62,182 nt of DNA from a virus (IMGVR_UViG_3300043464_000452:1-62182), one strand, 5' to 3'; shown: positions 38,732-48,080, counted from the first letter of the stretch. Numbers and translations are program-made. Notes: a model not told the origin generated them from the sequence alone.

Positions 38732-38989
38732 TTATCCACTAATCTTTAGCAGCACTAAGTACCCAATCAGGTCGTTCACCACGTCCTCATCGTCCTTATA
38801 TAGGCTGCCGTTCTTTATTCGCTTGAGCTTATCATCGATTCTAATCAGTAGTCCTTCTTTTGCGGACAACTGACTGAACACACCAAGTGGTTCTAGTGCT
38901 GAGTTGCCATACTTCCGGTTCTTCTCAATGAGCATACGCTCAATCTGCTCAAGGACCTCGCCTACCTTAATTGCAAATGGTGCCTCCAT
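38732..38989 (-). CDS. DUF1599/nucleotide-modification-associated-like protein
   Basis: KNRKYGNS...IRIDDKLKRI...D...DLIGY. Confidence 0.65.
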   Translation of the reverse strand: MEAPFAIKVGEVLEQIERMLIEKNRKYGNSALEPLGVFSQLSAKEGLLIRIDDKLKRIKNGSLYKDDEDVVNDLIGYLVLLKISG

Positions 38990-39072
38990 ATTAATTTATT
39001 TTACTAGTCTCGTACCACCATATTACTAGCAATGCAAACACTATCGCTAGACCCACGGTAATCGCCCAGCTC

Positions 39073-39306
39073 TTAAGCAGTCTCATAGTGCCCTATGAAA
39101 TTTTTGAACCGCTCGCCCTTGATGTATTGGCTTGTACTGAACTTAGACCGACCCTTCTTCACCAGCAGGCCATCCTCGAATAGCACGTAGTACTCATTCT
39201 CATCAAACACTTTTGATGTAGTTAGGTATTCTACCCAACTCTTACGGTTCTCGTCAACGACTTTTGTCACCTGACCGTGCCCAAATGGGTTTAGTATTGT
39301 GTCCAT
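39073..39306 (-). CDS. Hypothetical protein
   Basis: 77 aa directly after groEL. Confidence 0.55.
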   Translation of the reverse strand: MDTILNPFGHGQVTKVVDENRKSWVEYLTTSKVFDENEYYVLFEDGLLVKKGRSKFSTSQYIKGERFKNFIGHYETA

Positions 39307-39308
39307 AG

Positions 39309-40898
39309 TTAATAAGGTCTAGCCATTGTGATGATGGCGTTAGTTGATAGAATAGTTGTCGCTACACTCACAGCGTTCTGCAATGCACTACGTGTCACCT
39401 TTAACGGGTCAATCACACCCATTTTAATCAGGTCACCCATCTCACCGCTCTTTAAGTTATAGCCGTGACCAACTGGCGTGCCATCCTTGTATACGTCACT
39501 TGGCTTGAGCCCTGCGTTTGCTAGGATTTGCTGGAATGGTGCCATCATCGCATTAGATAGCATCTCAACAGCAGCATTGCGCTCCTTACTTAACTTAAAT
39601 AATAGCTCCCTTCTAATCACAGCACTCTCATCTAGCAACGCCTTGCCTGCCCCCGGTAGGATGCCCTCCTCTAGTGCGCTTCTCACTGCGCACACCGCAT
39701 CGTCAACACGATCGTACAGCTCCTTCTGCTCCAGGTCAGTCTGCCCACCTACGTATATGACCCCTATCCCTCCCGTAAGGGAGGCGATTCGCTCCAACAG
39801 ATGGTCCCGGTCAGCCTTCTTCTTAGCAATCTTATGCGCCTGCCATAGCTGCGCAACTCGCTCCTCAATCTTCACAGTGTCGAGCTTGATGTCTGACTTG
39901 AGGATGATGGTATTGTCCTTGCTCACCACTACTCTGGCTGCATGCCCCAGGTCCTCAACAGTAATTTGACTCAGGTCATCCCCTGTCTTCTCGCTGAAGT
40001 ATGTCGCTCCAATGCTCACCGCCAGGTCCTGCATCAGCTCATGCTGCTTGTACCCAAAGCTTGGTGGCTGGACCACACACATCTTTAAGTTGTTCTTCAT
40101 CACGTTTGCCGCCAGCGTGTTCACCACGTTCACATGACACGGTGCCACCAACAGTAGCTTCTTCCCATCAGTAATGATTGGCTTGAGCACGTTCTCAATC
40201 TGCAAGATGTTGCCTATCTCAATGTCAGCCACCAGCACATGCACGTCCTCAAATACGCACTCGTCCCTGCTCTGATCGTTGATGAACAGTGGGCTTGTGT
40301 ACCCCCGGTCAATCTTTAAGCCCTTAGTGGTCTCAGCATAGGTGTCAGTTGTCTGGCTCCGCTCCACCGTTACTATACCAGTCTTGCCGACCTCCTTGTA
40401 TACGTCAGCTATAATCTTGCCTATCTCACGGTCATTGTTCGCAGAGATAGTAGCCACGTCAACCAGCATTGAGTTGGTCACCCTCTTGCTCTTCTTCTTT
40501 AAGCTCTCAGTCACCTTATCACTCAAGTCACTAAGATGTCTAAGCACCTCAGTTCGACTCATGTCCTCAGTGATGAACTCTAGCCCTCCTAACACCAACC
40601 CCTCAGTCAACACAATGGCAGTAGTCGTGCCATCACCAGCAGAGGTAGCCGTCCTATCAGCAGCCTCCTTCATCATCCTCACCGCAAGGTTCTCAACAGG
40701 ATCAATCAAGTCAACCGCCTTAGCGACAGTCACCCCATCCTTCGTTACAGTAATACCATGCGTGTGATTAGGACTCTCAATTAACACCGTGTTGCCATAA
40801 GGCCCCAGCGTACTCTTAACAGCTCCAGCCATCTTCTTGATGCCAGAGATTAACTTAAGTCTGCCCTCCTGGGCGAAGAATAAATCTTTAGGTTCCAT
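39309..40898 (-). CDS. groEL: Chaperonin GroEL
   Basis: TLGP.G, TKDGVTVA, AGDGTTTA, GVIDPLKV; lacks GGM tail. Confidence 0.95.
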   Translation of the reverse strand: MEPKDLFFAQEGRLKLISGIKKMAGAVKSTLGPYGNTVLIESPNHTHGITVTKDGVTVAKAVDLIDPVENLAVRMMKEAADRTATSAGDGTTTAIVLTEGLVLGGLEFITEDMSRTEVLRHLSDLSDKVTESLKKKSKRVTNSMLVDVATISANNDREIGKIIADVYKEVGKTGIVTVERSQTTDTYAETTKGLKIDRGYTSPLFINDQSRDECVFEDVHVLVADIEIGNILQIENVLKPIITDGKKLLLVAPCHVNVVNTLAANVMKNNLKMCVVQPPSFGYKQHELMQDLAVSIGATYFSEKTGDDLSQITVEDLGHAARVVVSKDNTIILKSDIKLDTVKIEERVAQLWQAHKIAKKKADRDHLLERIASLTGGIGVIYVGGQTDLEQKELYDRVDDAVCAVRSALEEGILPGAGKALLDESAVIRRELLFKLSKERNAAVEMLSNAMMAPFQQILANAGLKPSDVYKDGTPVGHGYNLKSGEMGDLIKMGVIDPLKVTRSALQNAVSVATTILSTNAIITMARPY

Positions 40899-40941
40899 TT
40901 GATTTAAATTTTACCAAATCTAAAGAATTTTTATGTAAAAC

Positions 40942-40968
40942 AAAAAAAGCCATCCCGAAGAATGGCTC
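40942..40968 (-). terminator. Rho-independent terminator
   Basis: AGCCAT/ATGGCT stem then T-run on minus strand. Confidence 0.6.
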
Positions 40969-40987
40969 TCTAAATAAATCAGGAATC

Positions 40988-41278
40988 TTAAGCAATTGTA
41001 ATACCTGATACTGCATACGGTAGGTTCTCAACCTGAAACGCTACATACGTCCATGATGTAGTCAATGCACTGACAACAGCAGCCTGAATAGCATCACGCA
41101 TAGTCTCATCACCAGCTCCAGCTGTTGCGTGAGTAATTGTCACAACATCAGTTCCTGTGCTTGACTTGTAGTGTACAGTCACAGTCGTTGTTGATGCCTG
41201 TACAATTAATACGATACCTGTTGCAGAAAGCAATTGTCTCTGCTCGTTCGTTACTGGGATACTTAAAAATTTCTCCAT
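40988..41278 (-). CDS. Small beta-rich protein, possibly virion decoration
   Basis: 96 aa, own promoter box (41304-41311) and terminator. Confidence 0.5.
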   Translation of the reverse strand: MEKFLSIPVTNEQRQLLSATGIVLIVQASTTTVTVHYKSSTGTDVVTITHATAGAGDETMRDAIQAAVVSALTTSWTYVAFQVENLPYAVSGITIA

Positions 41279-41333
41279 TTTTTTGTTTTGGTTTTAGTGT
41301 ACACAAATATAGGAAAAAATTGAATATCGATTT

Positions 41334-41500
41334 CCATGACAAAGTTCTTCTTCCCTATATATATATATATATATTTATATATATTATTTTTTTTTCTGAC
41401 TTAGAATCATTTTAAAAATCGACATAATCTATCAGTAGATTGAATATCAGTTAGTTACACGACATATTTTCGTACATGCTATGACAGATATTCTAACATG
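41334..41500. repeat. Origin-like element copy A
   Basis: CCATG..TTCCCTA(TA)n..TGACT.(A/G)GAAT..GACATAATC..TATCAGT.AGTTA; homologous to 50376-50540. Confidence 0.7.
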
Positions 41501-41558
41501 TTGGGTATAAAAAAAGAGGGACCATAAAATCCCTCTTCTCAAATAACCCAAAAAGCTA

Positions 41559-41756
41559 TTACTTCAAGAACATCTCCTTGATGTCTTCGACATACTCAGC
41601 TTTCTGGACACCTAGTGATACAGCCTCAGAATACATCTGAAGTTTCTCCGCTCGCTTCAAGGCTTTCTTAATATTAACAGCCTCCTGAATACCACTGATT
41701 CCGTTAGGACGGTCATTTATCAAGCGACCATTCTTAATTGTTAGTCCATCGTACAT
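41559..41756 (-). CDS. Hypothetical protein
   Basis: Likely ATG 41756 with TATATTTG box at 41760-41767; terminator hairpin ~41509-41537. Confidence 0.55.
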   Translation of the reverse strand: MYDGLTIKNGRLINDRPNGISGIQEAVNIKKALKRAEKLQMYSEAVSLGVQKAEYVEDIKEMFLK

Positions 41757-42230
41757 GCACAAATATAATCATTTAGATGATAGTAGTAGTTGGGTAATAC
41801 CACCAAATTACGACAGCCGGCCCCAACCGGAAACGACTTTTTTTTCGGCATGGGGGGTAGGCATGCTTTCGGCTTGCCCTAGATTTTTTGGCTTTTCTGC
41901 CTATGCTCCATAGGTAGCACATCCCCAGACATTGCGAACGCCTATGCTCTACCTTCTGCGTCCTTTCCCATCTTTCGCTCCACTCATTTCTTCTGGGGAA
42001 CTCCTTCCGGATGACAGAGAAGACAAGGAGATTCTTTGCTTTATCCCTCCGTCCCAGATTGTACAGATAAATTATTCATGCGATTCACATGAAATTTTTC
42101 TCGCTGATTATCAAGCAGTTACATAAAAGTTTAAGAAATATTGAAAAATAATTTGACCTAACTCTTGCTTTTGAACTAGAAATGAACTTACTTTACATCA
42201 TCAAACAACAACAAATAAACAAAACGCACT

Positions 42231-42515
42231 ATGGCACTATTTGACCAATCTTACTATGACGAGCAGTACAATGTAACTCGATGGTTACCTACATTTACCG
42301 AATTGGTAGAGTACTACAATGAAAGAAAGGGTAAGGCATCTAAGACTAGATTCATTAATGAATTACTGAGTGGAACATACGATACGATGGCAGACTTAAT
42401 TAAGGCATTGGAAAGAAGACCTGATGGTATGCTACATGGAGCAAGACATACCTACAGAGATTTGAAAAAACTAGAAAATCACATTCAAGATATCCTAAAA
42501 CTTAAAAATCTATAA
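42231..42515 (+). CDS. Early hypothetical protein
   Basis: First gene after strand switch and putative promoter ~42165-42196. Confidence 0.6.
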   Translation: MALFDQSYYDEQYNVTRWLPTFTELVEYYNERKGKASKTRFINELLSGTYDTMADLIKALERRPDGMLHGARHTYRDLKKLENHIQDILKLKNL

Positions 42516-42517
42516 TT

Positions 42518-42721
42518 ATGCTAAAGAACTACAAAGGGGAAAAAATAACTCCAAACCAAGCATCAAAATTAATGATTGCAGACAGAATAGATTCCATTAT
42601 TGCAGAAGAAATGTGGGTATTAATGCATTATTCAAATCCAACAGATAAAGAAATTGAAGAAATATATAGGCATCTAGATAAGCATAGATGGGCAATTCTT
42701 AAAAAGCTAGGCATAGTATAG
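42518..42721 (+). CDS. Early hypothetical protein
   Basis: ORF track, tight packing. Confidence 0.6.
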   Translation: MLKNYKGEKITPNQASKLMIADRIDSIIAEEMWVLMHYSNPTDKEIEEIYRHLDKHRWAILKKLGIV

Positions 42722-42791
42722 TAATTACATTCCATGCATCTAGGATGTGGCATTCGATTGCGACATGGAACAAACTTTAACCCAAAAAAAA

Positions 42792-42995
42792 ATGGAAACA
42801 CCTAATATCAAAATTGTAAACGAACTAGAATTAGTTCAAGGTATTCAAGTAGTGGTGGTTGAATCCACAAATGGAGAAGTAGTGTACGGAGGATTTGTAG
42901 TTCGTGATGAATTCAAAAGATTTATCCCATGTGGAGCGAACAAATCAATAGATGAAGTGATAAATAGAGCATTACAAATTTGGAACAAACTTTAA
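42792..42995 (+). CDS. Early hypothetical protein
   Basis: Likely start METPNIK after A-run. Confidence 0.55.
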   Translation: METPNIKIVNELELVQGIQVVVVESTNGEVVYGGFVVRDEFKRFIPCGANKSIDEVINRALQIWNKL

Positions 42996-43285
42996 CCCTA
43001 AAAAAAACAAAATGAGTAGTAACACAAAAGCAAACTTACTAGCCATTGGGATAATGGCAGTAATAATTGGGATAGGCATTTACTATGGCTATCTACTAGA
43101 AAAATCATTTTACTTACCACAAACTTATTGACATGACAACTATCAAAACGCATGGATTCATTAGCCTAGTTAGATTCCAGAATGGGCAGTTTGGTGTAGC
43201 AAATGGCGATAAAATAACTACAAACTTATCCTTAGATGTCGCAAAAAACTTATTCAATATCCTTAAACAATTATCAAAATAAACT

Positions 43286-43498
43286 ATGGGACGATTTATC
43301 ACATCAAGATTCAAAAGCAATTGTGCTGAGACAGGCAAGGTAATAGGCAAAGGTGAATCCATCTACTATGATGGCAAAGCCTATTGCGAATCCTCAAAAC
43401 TATACAGAGATAGAAAGGAATCAAGCCAGACATTTGCCCACATCAAAGCAAACGAGGATGCATACTATGATAACTTTTGCCAACAAAATAATATATAA
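43286..43498 (+). CDS. Small early protein with Cys residues
   Basis: CAETGK.I.KG.....D.KAYC pattern. Confidence 0.6.
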   Translation: MGRFITSRFKSNCAETGKVIGKGESIYYDGKAYCESSKLYRDRKESSQTFAHIKANEDAYYDNFCQQNNI

Positions 43499-43501
43499 AC
43501 T

Positions 43502-44248
43502 ATGGGACTATTAGCAGTAAACTCAGATGCAAAAACTAGTAAGGGACAAAAGCTAGGTTACTTTACGGGAATCATGTACCTATCCCCTCATAAGATGGCG
43601 AATGGACAAACAAATGTATGCGGACATGCAACACCAAACTGCATCTATGCATGTCTAAATTCTTCTGGAAGAGGAGCATTTTCTAATGTGCAAGATGCAA
43701 GGATAAAAAAGACATTGGAGTACTTGGAAGATCCTAAGAATTTCATGGTCAATATCTATAAAGAGATTGTAAAACTGCAAAAAAAGTATGGCAATTCTCT
43801 GGCGATTCGATTGAATGGTACATCTGATTTGCCATTCGAGAATATCAAGGTAGTACTAGAAGATAGGTACTATTCAAACATCTTCGAGGCGTTTCCAAAT
43901 GTGCAGTTCTATGACTACACAAAGAATCCTCGTAGAGTTTTGACCAATAACATTGGTAACTACTACCTAACTTTTTCTAGGGCAGAGACCAAATTAAATA
44001 TTGAATACTCTCGCAATGTATTAAACGAGGGTAAGAATGTAGCAATGGTATTCTCTAAGGAGTTACACGAACAATTGGTAAAGATGGGCAAGATAGTGTA
44101 CAACAACAGAGAAGTGAATGTTATCGATGGAGATGAGACAGACCTACGATTTCTGGATATGCCGAATAGTATTGTGGCATTGAAAGCTAAGGGTAAAGCA
44201 ATCAAAGACAATAGTGGATTTGTAATCAGAACAATAGAAGAAATATGA
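43502..44248 (+). CDS. Gp88-like protein (Cys-cluster, radical-SAM-related fold)
   Basis: C..A...C...CL..SGRG, IRLNGTSD, FYDYTK, DGD..DLRF.D motifs. Confidence 0.7.
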   Translation: MGLLAVNSDAKTSKGQKLGYFTGIMYLSPHKMANGQTNVCGHATPNCIYACLNSSGRGAFSNVQDARIKKTLEYLEDPKNFMVNIYKEIVKLQKKYGNSLAIRLNGTSDLPFENIKVVLEDRYYSNIFEAFPNVQFYDYTKNPRRVLTNNIGNYYLTFSRAETKLNIEYSRNVLNEGKNVAMVFSKELHEQLVKMGKIVYNNREVNVIDGDETDLRFLDMPNSIVALKAKGKAIKDNSGFVIRTIEEI

Positions 44249-44535
44249 AAGCAGTAATCTACATGCGAGGGATCTATGGTGGATCTTTCGCACAAACTAA
44301 GGAATTCAAAAACGAATCACATCTAGACAATTGGCTGTCATGGATGGACAAGAATCAAGACAGGGTAAAAGTAATTGGAACTAAAATAATATAACTATGA
44401 AGACAATTGAATTAAACATCGACCTAATCAGTGAAGAATTATATCTCTTAATTCTTGAAGAATTTAAAAATCAGCATCCAAATGTGGGTGATTTAGACAA
44501 CTGGGTAATCAAAGCAGATATAGAAGAATAAAACT

Positions 44536-44784
44536 ATGAAAGCATACGAAGATTGGAATGAGTTTGATGTCTTAGAAATGCCAATAGAAAAGTTGATAGG
44601 TTTTCTTTATTGGAATGACAGAAACGGATGTTGGGAAGGAGAAGATGACTTTCCTCCACTGACATTGGATGAAGCAAGGGAGTTTGCCATCAGATACATA
44701 CTAGGAGTTGATACACAAGATGATGTGATTGGATATCCTACAGAAAATCAATATTACTTAAACCAAACATTGGAAAAACTATGA
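44536..44784 (+). CDS. Acidic early protein
   Basis: WNDRNG motif, ORF track. Confidence 0.55.
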   Translation: MKAYEDWNEFDVLEMPIEKLIGFLYWNDRNGCWEGEDDFPPLTLDEAREFAIRYILGVDTQDDVIGYPTENQYYLNQTLEKL

Positions 44785-44999
44785 AGAATTACACATTTAA
44801 AATGACAAGAGTATACGAAACAATCATTGAGATTGAGGCGGAGAATGAGCGGGATGCATCACTAAAACTATTTGAAAAAGACCTATATCAAATAGAATTG
44901 GAGCAGTGCTGTGTAGTCAATGAGACTATTGAACTCGAAGATGATTATACCTTGGAAGACAAGGTGACTGGAATGTTTATCAATCAATTAAACAAATAA
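44781..44999 (+). CDS. Acidic early protein
   Basis: IEIEAENE.DA pattern. Confidence 0.55.
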   Translation: MKNYTFKMTRVYETIIEIEAENERDASLKLFEKDLYQIELEQCCVVNETIELEDDYTLEDKVTGMFINQLNK

Positions 45000-45003
45000 A
45001 GCT

Positions 45004-45564
45004 ATGCCTAATTGGTGTTCAAATGAAATCACAATTTCTGGGGATGTTACAAAGATTGTACAGGCTCTGGAGTCAATTGAGAATAAGCAAGAGAATAATG
45101 TATTCAAAACTTTAATCGATGTACCACAGAATGATGATTGGTACAATACTAATCTAGAATACTTTGGTACAAAGTGGGATGTATCCTATGAAGAATGTGA
45201 TCCCCAAGAATTTGATGGTGTGATAGTACTAATGCCCAATACTGCATGGTCACCACCAATTGAGTTCTGTGTAAACCTAGCCAAGAAGTATGGTGTGGAA
45301 GTGGAGATGTACTACCATGAACAAGGGAACGATTTCTGTGGCAAGACATACATCAACTCAGATGGCACATATTCAGAGGAGGACTACAAGTACATGGAGG
45401 GACTATATCATTTTGATGCTGACTATTTCTGGATGGAGATTGAATGGTATGTTGAGAATGCAAAAGAGGATGGTCAATCTGTGGAGGAATTCCTAGAAGA
45501 TTATGACTACTTACCTACTTATGACAAGAAAGAACTAACTAAAATATACAATGAGACCATTTGA
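45004..45564 (+). CDS. YubB/DUF1281 ferredoxin-like-domain protein
   Basis: MPNWCSN, W....GTKWD, TAWSPP motifs. Confidence 0.75.
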   Translation: MPNWCSNEITISGDVTKIVQALESIENKQENNVFKTLIDVPQNDDWYNTNLEYFGTKWDVSYEECDPQEFDGVIVLMPNTAWSPPIEFCVNLAKKYGVEVEMYYHEQGNDFCGKTYINSDGTYSEEDYKYMEGLYHFDADYFWMEIEWYVENAKEDGQSVEEFLEDYDYLPTYDKKELTKIYNETI

Positions 45565-45775
45565 AATTAACACAACTGCATGGGATGAGGAGAACTTTGT
45601 AATCCTCACAGACTTGAACGAGATTCAAATCAAGAAAGTGATTGAGCCCATAGTTAATCGGGAGCGAGAGTATGGTGAGGAGTACACGAACGATACGCTC
45701 ATCGATGCCCTATTGGATGCCTATCCAGAGAATCAATTTTACGCATACACAACACCTAAACTAATCAGCATATGA
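45551..45775 (+). CDS. Early hypothetical protein (paralog of 46837..47058)
   Basis: Shared WD...Q..KV.EP...AL.DAYP. Confidence 0.6.
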   Translation: MRPFEINTTAWDEENFVILTDLNEIQIKKVIEPIVNREREYGEEYTNDTLIDALLDAYPENQFYAYTTPKLISI

Positions 45776-46056
45776 CATTTAACCCGACAAGCGAGACTGC
45801 CAGACAAGAGGTATTGGAGTACGCAAAAACACAATTGAGCATTGAGGATGCTAAACAAATCTTAGAGAGCAATGGCTATTTTGTGGCTAACCTATGGCAT
45901 GTTTATGATGTGACTAGCACATACAAATGTACGGATGAACAAGCCTACGGAGTACTAAATGATGCATTGACAAACGAGTATCTCATGGAGCAGATTTGGG
46001 ATACAATTTATTTAGTAGCAGAAGACTTAAACTTAGAAAAAAATGAAGACAATTGA
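45772..46056 (+). CDS. Early hypothetical protein
   Basis: ATGA coupling. Confidence 0.55.
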   Translation: MTFNPTSETARQEVLEYAKTQLSIEDAKQILESNGYFVANLWHVYDVTSTYKCTDEQAYGVLNDALTNEYLMEQIWDTIYLVAEDLNLEKNEDN

Positions 46057-46249
46057 AGGATTAGAGAATGACTTTCTCAGAAGCGAAATCAAGAGACTCA
46101 AGGAGATCCGTGAGGAGCATGAGCAGATGTTGGTGGAGGATATCTACCAGTGGATAATGTCCAACGAGGACATGGGCATGGGTGAATGTGCCGATGCACT
46201 ATACGAGGCAACTAAAATTGTAGCAGAATGGAAAAGAAAAATCAAATGA
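46043..46249 (+). CDS. Early hypothetical protein
   Basis: ORF track. Confidence 0.5.
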   Translation: MKTIEGLENDFLRSEIKRLKEIREEHEQMLVEDIYQWIMSNEDMGMGECADALYEATKIVAEWKRKIK

Positions 46250-46488
46250 CATTCAACCACGAAGCAAACTCCCTAGTGGAGTCACTAGGAGTGGAGCAAC
46301 ACAAGTATGCTGCCCAATTGGCCACAATCCTAACCCTACTATCTGGTGGGGAGATGGATAGGGTGAGTAAAGTAAGCGAGATGATGCACAAATGTGTGGA
46401 CTACAACATCTTACTCCTACTAGCAACCAATCATCTGCTTCAAATTGCAGAAGGCTTTACCCAATTCACAGAATTATCAGACAATTAA
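46246..46488 (+). CDS. Early hypothetical protein
   Basis: Likely start MTFNHE by ATGA overlap. Confidence 0.5.
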   Translation: MTFNHEANSLVESLGVEQHKYAAQLATILTLLSGGEMDRVSKVSEMMHKCVDYNILLLLATNHLLQIAEGFTQFTELSDN

Positions 46489-46489
46489 G

Positions 46490-46840
46490 ATGAAAGAAAA
46501 AAACGGAACTGAAAACCTAGTATTCACATCTATTGATATCGATACATTGGTTGATAGAATAGCTGATAGGGTAATACATATTATGCTATTCAATGGGAAT
46601 ACTAAAATGAGAAAGGATTTTTTTGAAAGGAATGACTTGCTTAAAACTCCTATAGGTGAACTTAATTTATCTGTAAGAACATATAATTGTTTTTATTTGG
46701 CAAGGATAAAAACACTAGAGGACTTAACTATGTACACAGAAAAAGAACTAATGAAATTAAGAAATTTTGGGAAGATTGGATTGATTGAAATAAAAAATCT
46801 TCTTGAACAATATAACTTAAGCCTTAAAGTAGAACTATGA
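46490..46840 (+). CDS. RNA polymerase alpha-subunit C-terminal-domain-like protein
   Basis: LLKTPIGELNLSVRTYNC....I.TL.DL....EKELMKLRNFGK..L.EIK..L....L is the alpha-CTD signature. Confidence 0.8.
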   Translation: MKEKNGTENLVFTSIDIDTLVDRIADRVIHIMLFNGNTKMRKDFFERNDLLKTPIGELNLSVRTYNCFYLARIKTLEDLTMYTEKELMKLRNFGKIGLIEIKNLLEQYNLSLKVEL

Positions 46841-47058
46841 ATGTATTCAAATTAAAAATCGGCAACTGGGATGGTGACCAGTGTACACTATACACCACTA
46901 TAACTGAGGAGCAACTCAGAAAGGTATTAGAGCCAATGGCTAAGCAACATGAGGAGATGAACTATTTCATCGAGGACTACATCGTAGCATTGGAGGATGC
47001 ATATCCAAAGAGAATTACCTTATCAAATTTCAGCGACACTATAACAATTCAACTATGA
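46837..47058 (+). CDS. Early hypothetical protein (paralog of 45551..45775)
   Basis: Shared motifs. Confidence 0.6.
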   Translation: MNVFKLKIGNWDGDQCTLYTTITEEQLRKVLEPMAKQHEEMNYFIEDYIVALEDAYPKRITLSNFSDTITIQL

Positions 47059-47456
47059 AAATCGAAGTAAATGTACCGGAGGGATTGGATCTTGACCATA
47101 CCTACCAAGCAGTAATGGATGCCATGTACAATGCAGACAATGTAAGCAAGCAAGAAGTTTTACTTGTATCAAGTTTACTGAATCAGTTGGCATCAAAGAA
47201 GGACAAGCAGTCATTACCCAATGGCTTCAGAGACTGGGCAGAGACTCATCATGAGATTGTCTGTACCATACATGCATTTATTGACAACGATACAATACCC
47301 AATAGGATACAAAAGATTCTAGATACTGAAGGATTTGCTGGTCTGTATGACTTGGGCATTGAATTGACCACAGATTTCTGCAACACCTACAAGGATAGGG
47401 AATGGGATGGTGATTGGATTGATACTATTATTGATTTTGTAAACAAAAAACTATAA
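47055..47456 (+). CDS. Early hypothetical protein
   Basis: LPNGF..W.ETHHE motif. Confidence 0.6.
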   Translation: MKIEVNVPEGLDLDHTYQAVMDAMYNADNVSKQEVLLVSSLLNQLASKKDKQSLPNGFRDWAETHHEIVCTIHAFIDNDTIPNRIQKILDTEGFAGLYDLGIELTTDFCNTYKDREWDGDWIDTIIDFVNKKL

Positions 47457-47650
47457 TGACACTAGAAGGAAGACTACAGATGTACGAGCTTGTACATGCA
47501 ATGAATGACAGACTGCTTTACTTGGATGACAAGAGCAAGGAGAAGTTTGTAAAGTCAATTGAGAACTTATTTCAAACCTATCCATGCCCCAGAGAAGTTA
47601 GGTATGGATCAGAAGCTAGACTAAAGGATGGAAGCGAAGCGAATGTTTAA
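47456..47650 (+). CDS. Hypothetical protein
   Basis: TAATG coupling. Confidence 0.5.
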   Translation: MTLEGRLQMYELVHAMNDRLLYLDDKSKEKFVKSIENLFQTYPCPREVRYGSEARLKDGSEANV

Positions 47651-47822
47651 TGTGTACTACTGCGGTAGTCTATACGCAAGGTTGGTATGTACCACCAAGT
47701 GGGAAGCGATCGATAGGATATGCAATGAGCATTACTGGTTGAACAGGAGCAAAATTTCTGCAAAAAAAGATTGACTTTGTTTATTTATTGTCTTATATTG
47801 TATCAAAATTAAATCAAATCTA

Positions 47823-48080
47823 ATGGAAGAAAGCGAAGTATTTATCAATGAGGAAGTTGAGTTCAGCATTGATGACAAGGACTACCTATGGGTAGGAAGC
47901 TACGAGGTTCACCAGTTTGGTGAGGAATCCACTTGGGAATCGATGGGCATGTGGGAGACAGAGATTAATATCCTGTCTACCATTCGCCTGTGCGAGCATG
48001 ATGGCGATGATTGGAATAATGTCACGCCTACACAAGACCATATGCATGGTCTTATAGAGCAGATAATCAGAGGCTTATGA
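47823..48080 (+). CDS. Acidic hypothetical protein
   Basis: Downstream of promoter-like TTGACT...TATATTG (47771-47800). Confidence 0.55.
   Translation: MEESEVFINEEVEFSIDDKDYLWVGSYEVHQFGEESTWESMGMWETEINILSTIRLCEHDGDDWNNVTPTQDHMHGLIEQIIRGL

Noticed and set aside
41932-42126. 64-aa ORF in the strand-switch gap
   Set aside because: Non-ATG start, atypical composition, and upstream of the likely early promoter.
42730-42770. Canonical tRNA gene
   Set aside because: Too short, with no anticodon arm; kept only as a tRNA-like element.
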